Source: Candidatus Omnitrophota bacterium (lineage in GTDB: Bacteria > Omnitrophota > Gorgyraeia > JAHJTE01). Taken from it: a DNA stretch of 64,000 nucleotides. The position numbers and the translations under genes are program-made. The notes below the pieces were generated by a model, which did not search any database, was not told where the DNA came from, and worked only from the letters and a program-made list of their open reading frames with translations. Shown here one piece after another: positions 31,604 through 41,003 of this stretch (position 1 is the first letter of the stretch; every line of letters starts with the position of its first letter). The stretch is from contig JBFMEB010000003.1 of assembly GCA_040753675.1 (NCBI GenBank), positions 1,715-65,714 of the forward strand. Reading direction: 5' to 3'.

Positions 31604-32704
31604 TTACAGCCGCATTGGCAAAACAACATATTGGTAGTTAGGCTCTTTTAAAACCGCTGGTTTTTCAGGGTCGCTTATTTCAATATTAATTTGTCCAGTG
31701 GTTAAATTCTTCAATGCCTCTATAAGATAATAAGGATTAAACCCAATTACAGTTTCCTTACCATTATATTGCATTGGAATCTCTTCTCTTGATTCACCCA
31801 AGTCAGGAGTAGATTTAGAAACTACCATTTTATTTTTAAATAACTCCAACCTTACTGCCTGATAATCGCTTGTCGCCAATAGGCTTGCCCGTCGTAATGC
31901 TGCCAAAAAAGCCAGGCGTTCAATTTGTATCGTATAGGGATTATTCGTAGGTATAACCTGTTTATAATTAGGAAATTCTCCTTCAATTAGACGTGACACA
32001 ACACTGGTTTGGCCCATTTCAAAAAGCACTTGGTTTTCCGATATAACCATAGCTATTTCTTCATCGCTTTGATTAATACTGCGCATTAATTCCTGTATAG
32101 TTTTTGCCGGAATAATCATACTTATTTTTTTTGAGGCGTTTCCATAGACAATATCTTTTGAAATTATTGCCAGGCGCCTACCATCAGTAGATACCAACCT
32201 TAAGTTTGTTCCTTCTATTTCAAAAAGAATACCATTTAAAACATAACGCGTCTCATCTTTAGACATGGAAAATGATGTCAATTCTAACATTTTTGCTAAC
32301 TCAACAGGATCTATTTTAAGCACGTCTTTATTTTTAAAATCAGGTAGTTGCGGGAATTCTTCTTTTGGTAGTCCCATCAACCTAAAACTACACTCTTTAC
32401 ATTCAATATTAATAGAATTGTTTTTCTTTACCATAATCTTCACTTCTTCTTCTGGAAATTCCCGAATAATTTCTGAAAATTTCTTTGCTGGTATAGTTAT
32501 TGCTCCAGATTCATTTATTAGTGCCGGAACTAAAGTGGTAATACCAATATCTAAATCAGTGGCGGATATTTTTATTTTAGAATCAATACTTTCTATTAAA
32601 ATATTAGAAAGGATTGGTAAGTTTGTTTTAGGATTAATGACATTTAAAACTTTTAAAATGGCTTCTAAAAAAAGTTCTTTTTTAATAGAAATTTTCATTA
32701 ACAA
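31604..32704 (-). CDS. dnaN: DNA polymerase III subunit beta (sliding clamp)
   Basis: 366 aa with a three-domain beta-clamp pattern, located downstream of dnaA. Confidence 0.9.
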   Translation of the reverse strand: MLMKISIKKELFLEAILKVLNVINPKTNLPILSNILIESIDSKIKISATDLDIGITTLVPALINESGAITIPAKKFSEIIREFPEEEVKIMVKKNNSINIECKECSFRLMGLPKEEFPQLPDFKNKDVLKIDPVELAKMLELTSFSMSKDETRYVLNGILFEIEGTNLRLVSTDGRRLAIISKDIVYGNASKKISMIIPAKTIQELMRSINQSDEEIAMVISENQVLFEMGQTSVVSRLIEGEFPNYKQVIPTNNPYTIQIERLAFLAALRRASLLATSDYQAVRLELFKNKMVVSKSTPDLGESREEIPMQYNGKETVIGFNPYYLIEALKNLTTGQINIEISDPEKPAVLKEPNYQYVVLPMRL

Positions 32705-32862
32705 CTCCTTTTATTAACTACTTAAGTATAATTTAAAAAAGCAGTAGTATTTAGTAGTATTGTTGAAATTTATAAAAATTATCTTAACCTTTTTCATTTA
32801 AAGCAATTATTCTTTATTTATATTTTTAATAAATTCTTTATAACCTGTTGATAAATATTAAA
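32705..32862. promoter_or_regulatory. candidate oriC / DNA unwinding element (AT-rich dnaA-dnaN spacer)
   Basis: 158 bp of more than 80% A+T with a DnaA-box-like ttatcaaca (complement at 32846..32854). This is the classical oriC position between dnaA and dnaN. Confidence 0.4.
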
Positions 32863-34197
32863 TTATTGTTTAATGTTTTTTAATATGGTTGCTACAAAAG
32901 AATTTACCTGTTTGTTTTTTACCATCTCAACCTTGATTTTATTACAGGCATATAAAACAGTGGTATGATCTTTTCCGCCAAATGCCTGGCCGATTTCAGG
33001 TAATGACTGGTTGGTTAATTCTCTTGATAGGTACATGGCGATCTGCCTTGGTAAAATGACATTTTTATTTCTGCGATGCGAACGTAATTCATTTACAGTT
33101 ACATTAAATACATTGGCTACCTCTTTTTGAATTTGGTCTATTGTAATAATTTTAGCAGATTCAGTCAACATATCCCTCAGAACTTCTTGCGTTAGACTTA
33201 AGGTTATTTGTTTATCTTCGAGAAGCGAATAGGCAATAACCCTAATCAACGCCCCCTCTAATTCCCTGATATTTGTCTTTATCAAATCGGCAATAAAATA
33301 AATTACATCCTCCGGAACCTTAATTGGTTCGTTTTCTATTTTCTTCTTTAAAATTGCAATGCGGGTTTCAAAATTTGGCGGCTGGATATCGGTAATCAAG
33401 CCCCATTGAAACCTGGAAAGTAACCTTTCTTCCAGATTAGATATTTCGCGCGGAGGCCGGTCAGATGAAACTACAATCTGCTTATGGTGATCGTAGAGCT
33501 CATTAAAGGTGTGGAAAAATTCTTCCTGGGTTGATTCTTTGCCGGCTATAAATTGGATGTCGTCGATTAATAATATATCCACGTTGCGGTATTTTTCCCT
33601 GAAGGTTGAGGTTGAGCGGTGCTGTATTGCGCTGATAAGCTCATTTGTAAATTTTTCACTGGGCATATAAACAATTTTAGTAAGCGCGTTCTTATTTAGA
33701 ATAAAATGAGCTACTGCCTGCATCAGGTGAGTTTTGCCTAGCCCGACCCCGCCATATATGAATAAAGGATTATATGCCTTTGCCGGGGCCTCAGCCACTG
33801 CTAAGCTAGCAGCGTGGGCAAAGCGGTTCGAAGGTCCAATTACGAATTGCTCAAAGGTAAACCTGCTGTTTAACTTTAGGTTGGTAGCTTGACGGGGTTG
33901 AAGCCGTTGGCTAAAATCAGCGAAACGAGCTTGCTCTGTTTTTTTAAAAGACTGGTTGTTAACACTGATTTCTATTTCTTTATTAAAAGAAGGTTCGCTT
34001 TCTAATAGAGAGTTTTTAATCAAATCAAGGTAATGTTGGATTACCCAGTCTTTGAAAAATTCATCAGGGACTTCCAAAATAAACTTGTTTTCGGCAAGCT
34101 TAACTTGGATTGGCGCAAACCAAGTTTCAATAGCAGTCTGGCCTACCACCCTTTTTATTTTTTCTAAAGCAAGACCCCAAAGGCTTACAGCATCCAT
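32863..34197 (-). CDS. dnaA: chromosomal replication initiator protein DnaA
   Basis: AAA+ Walker A GGVGLGKTHL and a C-terminal DNA-binding domain. The track start (34254) is probably too far upstream. Met20 (MDAVSLW, plus 34195..34197) is more likely and leaves the DnaA boxes outside the CDS. Confidence 0.85.
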   Translation of the reverse strand: MDAVSLWGLALEKIKRVVGQTAIETWFAPIQVKLAENKFILEVPDEFFKDWVIQHYLDLIKNSLLESEPSFNKEIEISVNNQSFKKTEQARFADFSQRLQPRQATNLKLNSRFTFEQFVIGPSNRFAHAASLAVAEAPAKAYNPLFIYGGVGLGKTHLMQAVAHFILNKNALTKIVYMPSEKFTNELISAIQHRSTSTFREKYRNVDILLIDDIQFIAGKESTQEEFFHTFNELYDHHKQIVVSSDRPPREISNLEERLLSRFQWGLITDIQPPNFETRIAILKKKIENEPIKVPEDVIYFIADLIKTNIRELEGALIRVIAYSLLEDKQITLSLTQEVLRDMLTESAKIITIDQIQKEVANVFNVTVNELRSHRRNKNVILPRQIAMYLSRELTNQSLPEIGQAFGGKDHTTVLYACNKIKVEMVKNKQVNSFVATILKNIKQ

Positions 34198-34227
34198 TTT
34201 ATAGATTAATACGAAGAGTTTTACACA

Positions 34228-34247
34228 GTATCCACAGCTTATCCACA
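34228..34247. promoter_or_regulatory. tandem DnaA boxes upstream of dnaA
   Basis: gTATCCACA (34228..34236) and consensus TTATCCACA (34239..34247). Confidence 0.55.
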
Positions 34248-34342
34248 GATTCAATAACCAGGCTTTTACAACAGGTAGTTATTATATACCAGAGAAATTT
34301 GTTTTTGCAAGAGAAATCTTTTTACACAGATGAGCACAGACT

Positions 34343-34422
34343 ACTTAAAGTAGAGAGTAGCGAGAAACGAGTAGCGAGAAAAATGAAAAATCTCTCTACT
34401 TGCTACTCTCTACTCGCTACTT
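34343..34422. repeat. GTAGCGAG-type palindromic repeat element, copy B
   Basis: agtagagagtagcgagaaacgagtagcgag...ctctctacttgctactctctactcgctact. Reverse-complement match to copy A at 12836..12910. Confidence 0.7.
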
Positions 34423-34500
34423 AATAATGAAAATCAGCAGTTATCTGGGCTTGCCAAATCTTCTTGACTAAAAGACTTAATATGTTATAATTGGAAAACT

Positions 34501-34638
34501 ATGAAAAAGCATCTTAAGACGCCGACAAATTTAAAAGGTAAGCGAAAACACGGTTTTCGTCGAAGAATGCGTTCTCTCGGCGGGAGAAAGGTACTTAAAA
34601 GACGTAGAGCAAAAGGCCGCCATCGTCTGACAATATAG
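34501..34638 (+). CDS. rpmH: 50S ribosomal protein L34
   Basis: 45 aa [45 protein letters not shown]. Not in the ORF track because it is under 60 aa. Confidence 0.85.
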   Translation: MKKHLKTPTNLKGKRKHGFRRRMRSLGGRKVLKRRRAKGRHRLTI

Positions 34639-34641
34639 TTT

Positions 34642-34854
34642 ATGAAAATAGTCTTTATCCGACTGATAAAACTTTATCAGATGGTTTCAGCCCGGCTTTC
34701 GCCCGTCCCCACCTGCCGCTTTTCCCCTAGTTGCTCAGATTATGCCATCAGTGCCATAAGAAAATATGGTTTTTTTTATGGGCTGTGGAAAAGCCTGAAG
34801 CGGCTTCTGCGTTGCCATGGGCTTTCTGCAGGCGGTTTTGATCCGTTAATTTAA
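34642..34854 (+). CDS. yidD: membrane protein insertion efficiency factor YidD
   Basis: 70 aa with the CRFSPSCSDYAISAIRKYG signature. It directly follows rpmH, and no rnpA lies in between. Confidence 0.8.
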   Translation: MKIVFIRLIKLYQMVSARLSPVPTCRFSPSCSDYAISAIRKYGFFYGLWKSLKRLLRCHGLSAGGFDPLI

Positions 34855-34863
34855 AAGGAAATT

Positions 34864-36390
34864 ATGGATTTACAAAAAAGAACTTTTATCGCTGTTGTAT
34901 TATCTATTGTAATAATAATTATCTATTCTTCATGGGTTTCTAAATTCTATCCTACTGTAAATAAAGAAGTTATAGAAAAATCTTCAATTACTTCTTCAGG
35001 CGAGACTGTAGCGCAGCCGCAGACTGCTAAAGTAGCTCCACCACAAAAAGTAAAAACTCAGACAAACCCGCCTCTTATCCAATATGAGACTGAAAAAGTA
35101 ACTTATAAATTTACTCCACTTGGAGGAAATCTAATTTCAGCGAGATTTAAAGATTATGCATATGAAGCTCCGGCTCTTGCGTTGTTGGCAATCCAAGAAT
35201 GGCAGGATTTGGAATTTTCTCATGAACTCGGGCCTGAAGAAGCAGTTTTTAGATATAAAGATGCTAACAAAGAGATTACTAAGCAATATAAATTTTCAGA
35301 AAAAGGATATTATATTAATTTTGAGATAACTTATAATAACTTAACTTCTTCTGCCGCAAGCTGTTACTATAATTTTAATTTGGAATTTAAACATTCTCCT
35401 GCTGAACGATACAGAGATACAGTAGTGTTCTTTAATGATAGTAACTTGCTCTATCTAAATAACTTACGAAATAAACCAGGATTTATTAGGGAGCTTAATA
35501 AGTCAATAAAATGGATTGGGTTACGTGACAAATATTTTGCCTACATATTAAGCCCTATTTCTAACAAAAATGAATTAGGCAAAATTGAGAAAAGCCTTGA
35601 TGGGTCAGACATATTGAGTCTGCATCATAAAGATGAGGCCATTAGTGCAGGCTCGATGCAGACTGCCTCATTTTTGTATTACTGCGGCCCGCAAATTGAT
35701 AATTTGTTAGTAAAATCAGGCGTTGGGTTTGAGTACATTCATAATTTTGGGAAATTAGATGTTTTTGTTAAATTATTGTTAAAGACTTTAATAAATATAA
35801 ACAAATTTGTGCATAATTGGGGAGTTTCCATTATTGTGCTGTCTGTTGTTATTTATTTATGCCTTTATCCGTTATCGCTTAAGTCGATGCGATCAATGAA
35901 AAAGATGCAAGTTCTCCAACCAGAAGTTGAAAAAATAAAACAACAATATAAAAATGATGTTCAGAGGCAAAATAAAGAGGTTATGGAGCTTTATAAGAAA
36001 CACAATTATAACCCCTTAGGCGGATGTATGCCTATGTTATTACAACTTCCGATATTCTATGCTTTGTTTTTAGCTTTATCCAGAGGGATTGAATTTAAAG
36101 GTGCTAATTTCCTTTGGATAAAAGACCTGTCAGAGCCAGACAGGTTCCCCATATTTGCTGGAAAGCACATTAATATATTGCCTATTTTGATGATTATTGC
36201 TATGTTTTTCCAGCAAAAGATGTCAATGTCCAATTTACCAAGTTCGCAAAGCGAGCAACAAAAAATGATGTTATGGATGATGCCCGCTCTATTTGGCATT
36301 ATGTTTTATAATATGCCTTCAGGCCTGGTATTATATTGGGTTTTAAACAGCAGTTTAACCATGGTAAGTCAATGGAAAGCATTGAAATAG
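34864..36390 (+). CDS. yidC: membrane protein insertase YidC
   Basis: 508 aa with an N-terminal TM plus periplasmic domain and the C-terminal five-TM YidC/Oxa1 core. Confidence 0.85.
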   Translation: MDLQKRTFIAVVLSIVIIIIYSSWVSKFYPTVNKEVIEKSSITSSGETVAQPQTAKVAPPQKVKTQTNPPLIQYETEKVTYKFTPLGGNLISARFKDYAYEAPALALLAIQEWQDLEFSHELGPEEAVFRYKDANKEITKQYKFSEKGYYINFEITYNNLTSSAASCYYNFNLEFKHSPAERYRDTVVFFNDSNLLYLNNLRNKPGFIRELNKSIKWIGLRDKYFAYILSPISNKNELGKIEKSLDGSDILSLHHKDEAISAGSMQTASFLYYCGPQIDNLLVKSGVGFEYIHNFGKLDVFVKLLLKTLININKFVHNWGVSIIVLSVVIYLCLYPLSLKSMRSMKKMQVLQPEVEKIKQQYKNDVQRQNKEVMELYKKHNYNPLGGCMPMLLQLPIFYALFLALSRGIEFKGANFLWIKDLSEPDRFPIFAGKHINILPILMIIAMFFQQKMSMSNLPSSQSEQQKMMLWMMPALFGIMFYNMPSGLVLYWVLNSSLTMVSQWKALK

Positions 36391-36554
36391 AGGGTAAAAA
36401 CCCAGAATCAGCTATAAGAAAAGCTCTTAAGATCCTTAATGTTGCGCGCAAAGACGTAGAGATTAAAATACTGTCTGAAGAGAAAAGGGGCCTTTTTGGC
36501 ATGGAAGGCGGCAAGCCGTCCAGGGTCAGAGTGACTGTAATTAAGAAAAAATAG
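36372..36554 (+). CDS. small Jag-N/KH-like RNA-binding protein (truncated Jag/KhpB?)
   Basis: About 60 aa starting MESIEIEGKNPESAIRKALKILNV. Its position after yidC is where jag normally lies, but the Jag KH and R3H domains are absent. Confidence 0.3.
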   Translation: MESIEIEGKNPESAIRKALKILNVARKDVEIKILSEEKRGLFGMEGGKPSRVRVTVIKKK

Positions 36555-36605
36555 TTGATTTTGCTTAAGATCCCTCGGCAGAGCTCGGGATCAAGCAAAA
36601 TCTAA
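36555..36605 (+). terminator. long perfect-stem hairpin downstream of the jag-like gene
   Basis: gattttgcttaagatccc-tcggcagagctc-gggatcaagcaaaatc, a 16-17 bp stem. Confidence 0.45.
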
Positions 36606-36756
36606 GCGCCAGAGACAGATTTTGCTTGACACTTTTGTTTAATTTGCTATTATAATTGCATAAATTATTTAAGTATTCAAGGCAGGTGTTTCACGGGAAA
36701 ACGTTTCAATTGAAACATTTTCATGTGGAACATTATTATGATAGCAAATAATTAAA

Positions 36757-37206
36757 ATGTTAAATCCATGGTTTGTTACGGGTTTTTGCGCTGGCGAGGG
36801 AGCTTTTACTTATAGTCGGCAAGGAGAAAATTTTAATTTATACTTTGCTGTTAAATTAAACCAAGACGAGGAAGAGATTATTATACAACTACAAGATTTC
36901 TTTGGGGTAGGAACAATTTATAAAATCAAAGCAAGCCCTCCAAAAAGATACAGCGGTTTTACACAACCAGCTTTATATTATAGAGTTAGTAAGATTCCGG
37001 AATTAGAAAGAATTGTTGAACATTTTGATGAATTTCCTTTGATAGGTAAAAAACTAAAATCTTACAATATTTGGCGAGCAATGTTTGAAGAGAAAAAGAA
37101 GTTTCGCAAGCCCGATAATATTAAACTAGAAGCATTCGCAATGTCTCTTTCAAACTTAAGCAATAAGAATGCTAAATTAAGGCTGTCGAAGCAAATTGAT
37201 GGCTAA
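36757..37206 (+). CDS. free-standing LAGLIDADG homing endonuclease (single-motif type)
   Basis: 149 aa. WFVTGFCAGEGAF is a LAGLIDADG motif with the catalytic acid, in an I-CreI-like size class. Upstream lies TTGACA-17/18-TATAAT-like promoter sequence. Confidence 0.7.
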   Translation: MLNPWFVTGFCAGEGAFTYSRQGENFNLYFAVKLNQDEEEIIIQLQDFFGVGTIYKIKASPPKRYSGFTQPALYYRVSKIPELERIVEHFDEFPLIGKKLKSYNIWRAMFEEKKKFRKPDNIKLEAFAMSLSNLSNKNAKLRLSKQIDG

Positions 37207-37984
37207 GATTATAACTATTTGCAATCAAAAGGGCGGCACAGGCAAGACAACAACAGCCATTAACCTGTCAACTTATCTTGCTGTTGCAAATAAAAAAGTG
37301 CTATTGGTGGATATAGACCCTCAAGGCAATTCTACCAGCGGCATAGGCATAGATAAAAATTCCTTAGAGTTTTCTATATATCATTGCCTGCTCGGCCAAA
37401 ATAAATTACAAGAGGCAACAAAGAAGACTTCTGTTTCTAATTTGGATATTGTGCCGTCTAATGTAGATTTAGTTGGCTTAGAAGTAGAATTGGCCAACGT
37501 AGAAAACAGGGAATTCAGATTACGAGAAGCGATTGCTCCGATAAGGGAAGTTTACGATTATATTTTTATTGATGCTCCGCCGTCGTTAGGTTTACTTACG
37601 CTTAATGGCCTTACTGCGGCGGATTCTGTTTTAATCCCGCTTCAGTGTGAGTATTATGCTCTCGAAGGGCTTTCCCAGCTTTTAAAATCAATAGAATTAG
37701 TTAAACAAGCACTTAATCCTTATTTGGTGATAGAAGGTGTTTTATTAACTATGGCAGATTACAGAACTAATTTAACCCAGGAGATAATAAGGGAGGCAAG
37801 AGAATTTTTTAAGGATAAAGTTTTTCAGACAATTATTCCAAGGAATGTCCGGCTTAGTGAGGCGCCGAGTTTTGGCAAGCCGGTTTTATTTTATGATAAA
37901 AATTCTCTGGGTGCAAAAATGTACGAATCATTAGCCAAGGAATTTTTAGGCCAAAATTTATCACAACTAATTGAAAATAAATAA
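37196..37984 (+). CDS. parA: chromosome partitioning ATPase ParA/Soj
   Basis: Deviant Walker A KGGTGKTTT. Confidence 0.9.
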   Translation: MMAKIITICNQKGGTGKTTTAINLSTYLAVANKKVLLVDIDPQGNSTSGIGIDKNSLEFSIYHCLLGQNKLQEATKKTSVSNLDIVPSNVDLVGLEVELANVENREFRLREAIAPIREVYDYIFIDAPPSLGLLTLNGLTAADSVLIPLQCEYYALEGLSQLLKSIELVKQALNPYLVIEGVLLTMADYRTNLTQEIIREAREFFKDKVFQTIIPRNVRLSEAPSFGKPVLFYDKNSLGAKMYESLAKEFLGQNLSQLIENK

Positions 37985-38029
37985 GATACAGTAATTAATA
38001 GTGATTAGTAAAAAACAATTAGTTTTAAA

Positions 38030-38132
38030 TGCAAAAATCAAAGTGCAAAAATCAAAATGACAATGTAAAATTTAAAATTTTTGAATTTTTATATGTAATT
38101 TTGATATTTAATTTTTGATATTTGATTTTAAT
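38030..38132. repeat. AT-rich AAAATGACAATG-core palindromic repeat (copy R2)
   Basis: Nearly identical to 45736..45836. Core 12-mer at 38054..38065. Confidence 0.7.
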
Positions 38133-38146
38133 TTGAGAGGAATATT

Positions 38147-39010
38147 ATGGTTAATAAGGTATTGGGAAGGGGCTTGGCAGCTTTAATTCCGGAAAAAACA
38201 AAGACTGTAACAAAGGCATCTCTGGAAATAGACAATATTGATATTGGTCAGATAAAATCAAGTTCTTATCAACCGAGGGAAAGTTTTGCCGACGATAAAT
38301 TAACTGATTTAGTCGCCTCAATAAAGGAGAAAGGTATTTTACAGCCGCTGATAGTGCGTAAAACTAGTGGCGGCTATGAATTGATTGCTGGGGAACGCAG
38401 GTTGCGGGCAGCCAAGATATTAAAATTGCCGCAGGTTCCTGCAATTATCAAAGACGTAGACAACAAGGGCTCTTTAGTTTTGTCCATAATTGAAAATATT
38501 CAGCGCGAACAATTAAATGCCATAGAAGAGGCGCATGCTTTTAAGCGGCTGATTAACGAATTTAATCTTTCTCAGGAGGATGTTGGTAAGGCAGTGGGCA
38601 AGGACAGGGTAACTGTTTCAAATACCTTGAGGCTTTTAAACCTGCCGAAAGAAATCCAGGAACAAGTAAGCAAGGGGAAAATTACCCAGGGCCATGCCCG
38701 GGCATTATTGGCCTTAGGAGAGACAAAGGAGCAGATTGAGTTCTTTGAAAAAATTTTAAAAGACTCATTAAGTGTAAGAGAGTTAGAGCGCTTAATCCAG
38801 GAAAGTCCAAAGAGAAAGAAGTCAAGTCAGGCTTTGGCAGCAAAGAGAGCCAGAAAAGATCCTCATGTCTTGGCAGTAGAAGAAGAATTGCAACACAAAA
38901 TCGGTTCGAAAGTACGCATAAATATAAACAAGAAAAACAAAGGTACCATCGCTATTGAATTTTATAATTTAGAGGATTTAGAGCGTATTGTGGAGCTATT
39001 GAAAAAATGA
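38147..39010 (+). CDS. parB: chromosome partitioning protein ParB/Spo0J
   Basis: ParB box GERRLRAAK, an HTH and a C-terminal dimerisation domain. Confidence 0.9.
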   Translation: MVNKVLGRGLAALIPEKTKTVTKASLEIDNIDIGQIKSSSYQPRESFADDKLTDLVASIKEKGILQPLIVRKTSGGYELIAGERRLRAAKILKLPQVPAIIKDVDNKGSLVLSIIENIQREQLNAIEEAHAFKRLINEFNLSQEDVGKAVGKDRVTVSNTLRLLNLPKEIQEQVSKGKITQGHARALLALGETKEQIEFFEKILKDSLSVRELERLIQESPKRKKSSQALAAKRARKDPHVLAVEEELQHKIGSKVRININKKNKGTIAIEFYNLEDLERIVELLKK

Positions 39011-39543
39011 ATACACAAGAAAAAAAGAAAAACCAGGCCACGCTTATTTTGATTAAGCCCGACGGGCTTAAAAAATCCTTAACCGGAAATATTTTGACCC
39101 GGCTTTCCGAGACAAAGTTGGAGATTGTGGCTGCAAAGGTTATTAGAGTAAGTAGGAAGCTGGCAGAAGAGCATTACCACCATCTTAAAGATAAGCCGTT
39201 CTTCGGCGAACTTATCAAATACCTTACCGGAGAGCTGCACGATCGCAAAAAAGTTTTGGCATTAGTATATTGGGGGCCGCAGGCAATAACAAAATGCCGC
39301 GAACTTGCCGGTGCCACCAATCCCGAGGAGGCAGACCCGACAAGCATCCGTGGCTCATACGGCAGGATAACCACACGAGGGTTGTACGAAAACGTAATAC
39401 ATGTTTCTTCTAACGAGGATGAAGCAAATAGAGAAATAAATCTCTGGTTTAGCCCAGAAGAGATAATTGTTGATTTAGAAAAAGGCGTTTATAAAGGCCC
39501 GCAAGACCCGACTAGCCTTAGGCAAGAGAAGGAGAAAGCATGA
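39007..39543 (+). CDS. ndk: nucleoside diphosphate kinase (with C-terminal extension)
   Basis: ATLILIKPDG and the active-site His region NVIHVSSNE. Confidence 0.9.
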   Translation: MNTQEKKKNQATLILIKPDGLKKSLTGNILTRLSETKLEIVAAKVIRVSRKLAEEHYHHLKDKPFFGELIKYLTGELHDRKKVLALVYWGPQAITKCRELAGATNPEEADPTSIRGSYGRITTRGLYENVIHVSSNEDEANREINLWFSPEEIIVDLEKGVYKGPQDPTSLRQEKEKA

Positions 39544-40370
39544 TTAAAGGTATGTCTGGCTTTGGCCAGGCTGAAAGTGAAAATAGTAAATTCAAAGCCA
39601 CGGTACAAGTGCATAGCTTAAACCACCGCTATTTAGATGCATCAGTTTATTTGCCTGAGTATCTTCGCTCGTTGGATAACTACATAAAATTAATAATTAA
39701 AAAGAAGCTCAAAAGAGGCAAGGTAAATGTTTCCATAAATATTTTTACAAAAGGAGCTATAAAACCTCATTTAAATCCAGACATCGTAGGAGCTTATGTG
39801 CACCTTGCGGCTAGACTTAATAGGCAATTCGGGATATCTAAGGATATTGCATTTTGGCAGTTGCTTAATTTGCCGTCGGTATTAATAGAAAAAGAAAAGC
39901 CGCCGATTGACGAAGTTGAAGCAAAGCGGCTTTTAACTCCTTTAGTCAATAAGGCGCTTGAGAAATTATTAGTGATGCGCCAGAAGGAAGGCATAGCAAT
40001 CTATAAAGATTTACAGAAACGCTCAAGGATTGTTAGCTCGAAAATAAAATATATCGAAAATAAATTGCCAAAGGTTTTTGAGCGCTTAAAGGCGAAACTT
40101 TCCCACGAAGAATTAGGTGCCTTTATGCGCAACTGCGACGTAAGCGAGGAGATTGTAAGATTAAAATTTCATATTGCTAATCTTTGTCAGGTGGCCACCA
40201 ACACAAAGGGAGAGTCAAGCGGCAAAGAGTTGGATTTTATTTGCCAAGAGTTACAGCGCGAAGCTAACACCCTGGGGGCAAAAGTTCCGGACAAATATAT
40301 TTCATTTGCGGTAGTGAAAATAAAAAGCCAATTAGAGAAATTAAGAGAGCAATTGCAAAACGTAGAGTGA
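39540..40370 (+). CDS. yicC: YicC/YloC family stress-induced protein
   Basis: 276 aa with an N-terminal MIKGMSGFG motif (YicC_N) and a C-terminal DUF1732-like region. Located upstream of gmk as in many bacteria. Confidence 0.7.
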   Translation: MIKGMSGFGQAESENSKFKATVQVHSLNHRYLDASVYLPEYLRSLDNYIKLIIKKKLKRGKVNVSINIFTKGAIKPHLNPDIVGAYVHLAARLNRQFGISKDIAFWQLLNLPSVLIEKEKPPIDEVEAKRLLTPLVNKALEKLLVMRQKEGIAIYKDLQKRSRIVSSKIKYIENKLPKVFERLKAKLSHEELGAFMRNCDVSEEIVRLKFHIANLCQVATNTKGESSGKELDFICQELQREANTLGAKVPDKYISFAVVKIKSQLEKLREQLQNVE

Positions 40371-40379
40371 GGATTTGAT

Positions 40380-41003
40380 ATGAAAAAGAAAAAAGGGAGA
40401 ATTTTTATCGTATCCGGGCCGTCGGGATCTGGCAAAACTACCTTGTGCAAAATGTTAATGGCGATTGAAGAGATGCGGCAAAAAATCGTGCGCTCTATTT
40501 CGTTTACCACTCGGCCAATACGCTTAGGTGAGGTGGATGGCAGAGATTATTTTTTTGTCAGCGACGAAATCTTTAACCGCTATGTAAAAAAGCGCTGGTT
40601 ATTGGAACACAAAAATGTTTTGGGGTATAACTATGGCACGCCATTGAAATTTGTTAAAGACATTATTAAAAAAGGAAAAGACATGTTGCTTTGCGTTGAT
40701 ATTGCTGGTGCGCGCAGGATAAGAGCGAGCAGATTTAAAAAAGGCATAGTGGGTATTTTTATCATGCCTCCGAATTTAAAAATTTTAGAAGAGCGGCTGC
40801 GCCTTCGCTCGACTGAAACAGAGCGGGCGATCCAGGATAGATTAAAACTTGCTCAAAAAGAGATAAAGGCAGCGAAAGAATACGATTATATAATTATTAA
40901 TGACAATGTTGATTGGGCGACTCAAGAATTAAAAGGAATAATATTGGCTGAAAATTGTCGGAGAAAATATGCAATACATTCCATTAGAAAAATTAATAGA
41001 TAA
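40380..41003 (+). CDS. gmk: guanylate kinase
   Basis: P-loop GPSGSGKTT. Confidence 0.85.
   Translation: MKKKKGRIFIVSGPSGSGKTTLCKMLMAIEEMRQKIVRSISFTTRPIRLGEVDGRDYFFVSDEIFNRYVKKRWLLEHKNVLGYNYGTPLKFVKDIIKKGKDMLLCVDIAGARRIRASRFKKGIVGIFIMPPNLKILEERLRLRSTETERAIQDRLKLAQKEIKAAKEYDYIIINDNVDWATQELKGIILAENCRRKYAIHSIRKINR

Noticed and set aside
36606-37206. Group I intron housing the LAGLIDADG gene
   Set aside because: No host gene is interrupted and no P3-P7 core-like pairings were recognisable by eye. It is treated as free-standing pending a covariance-model scan.
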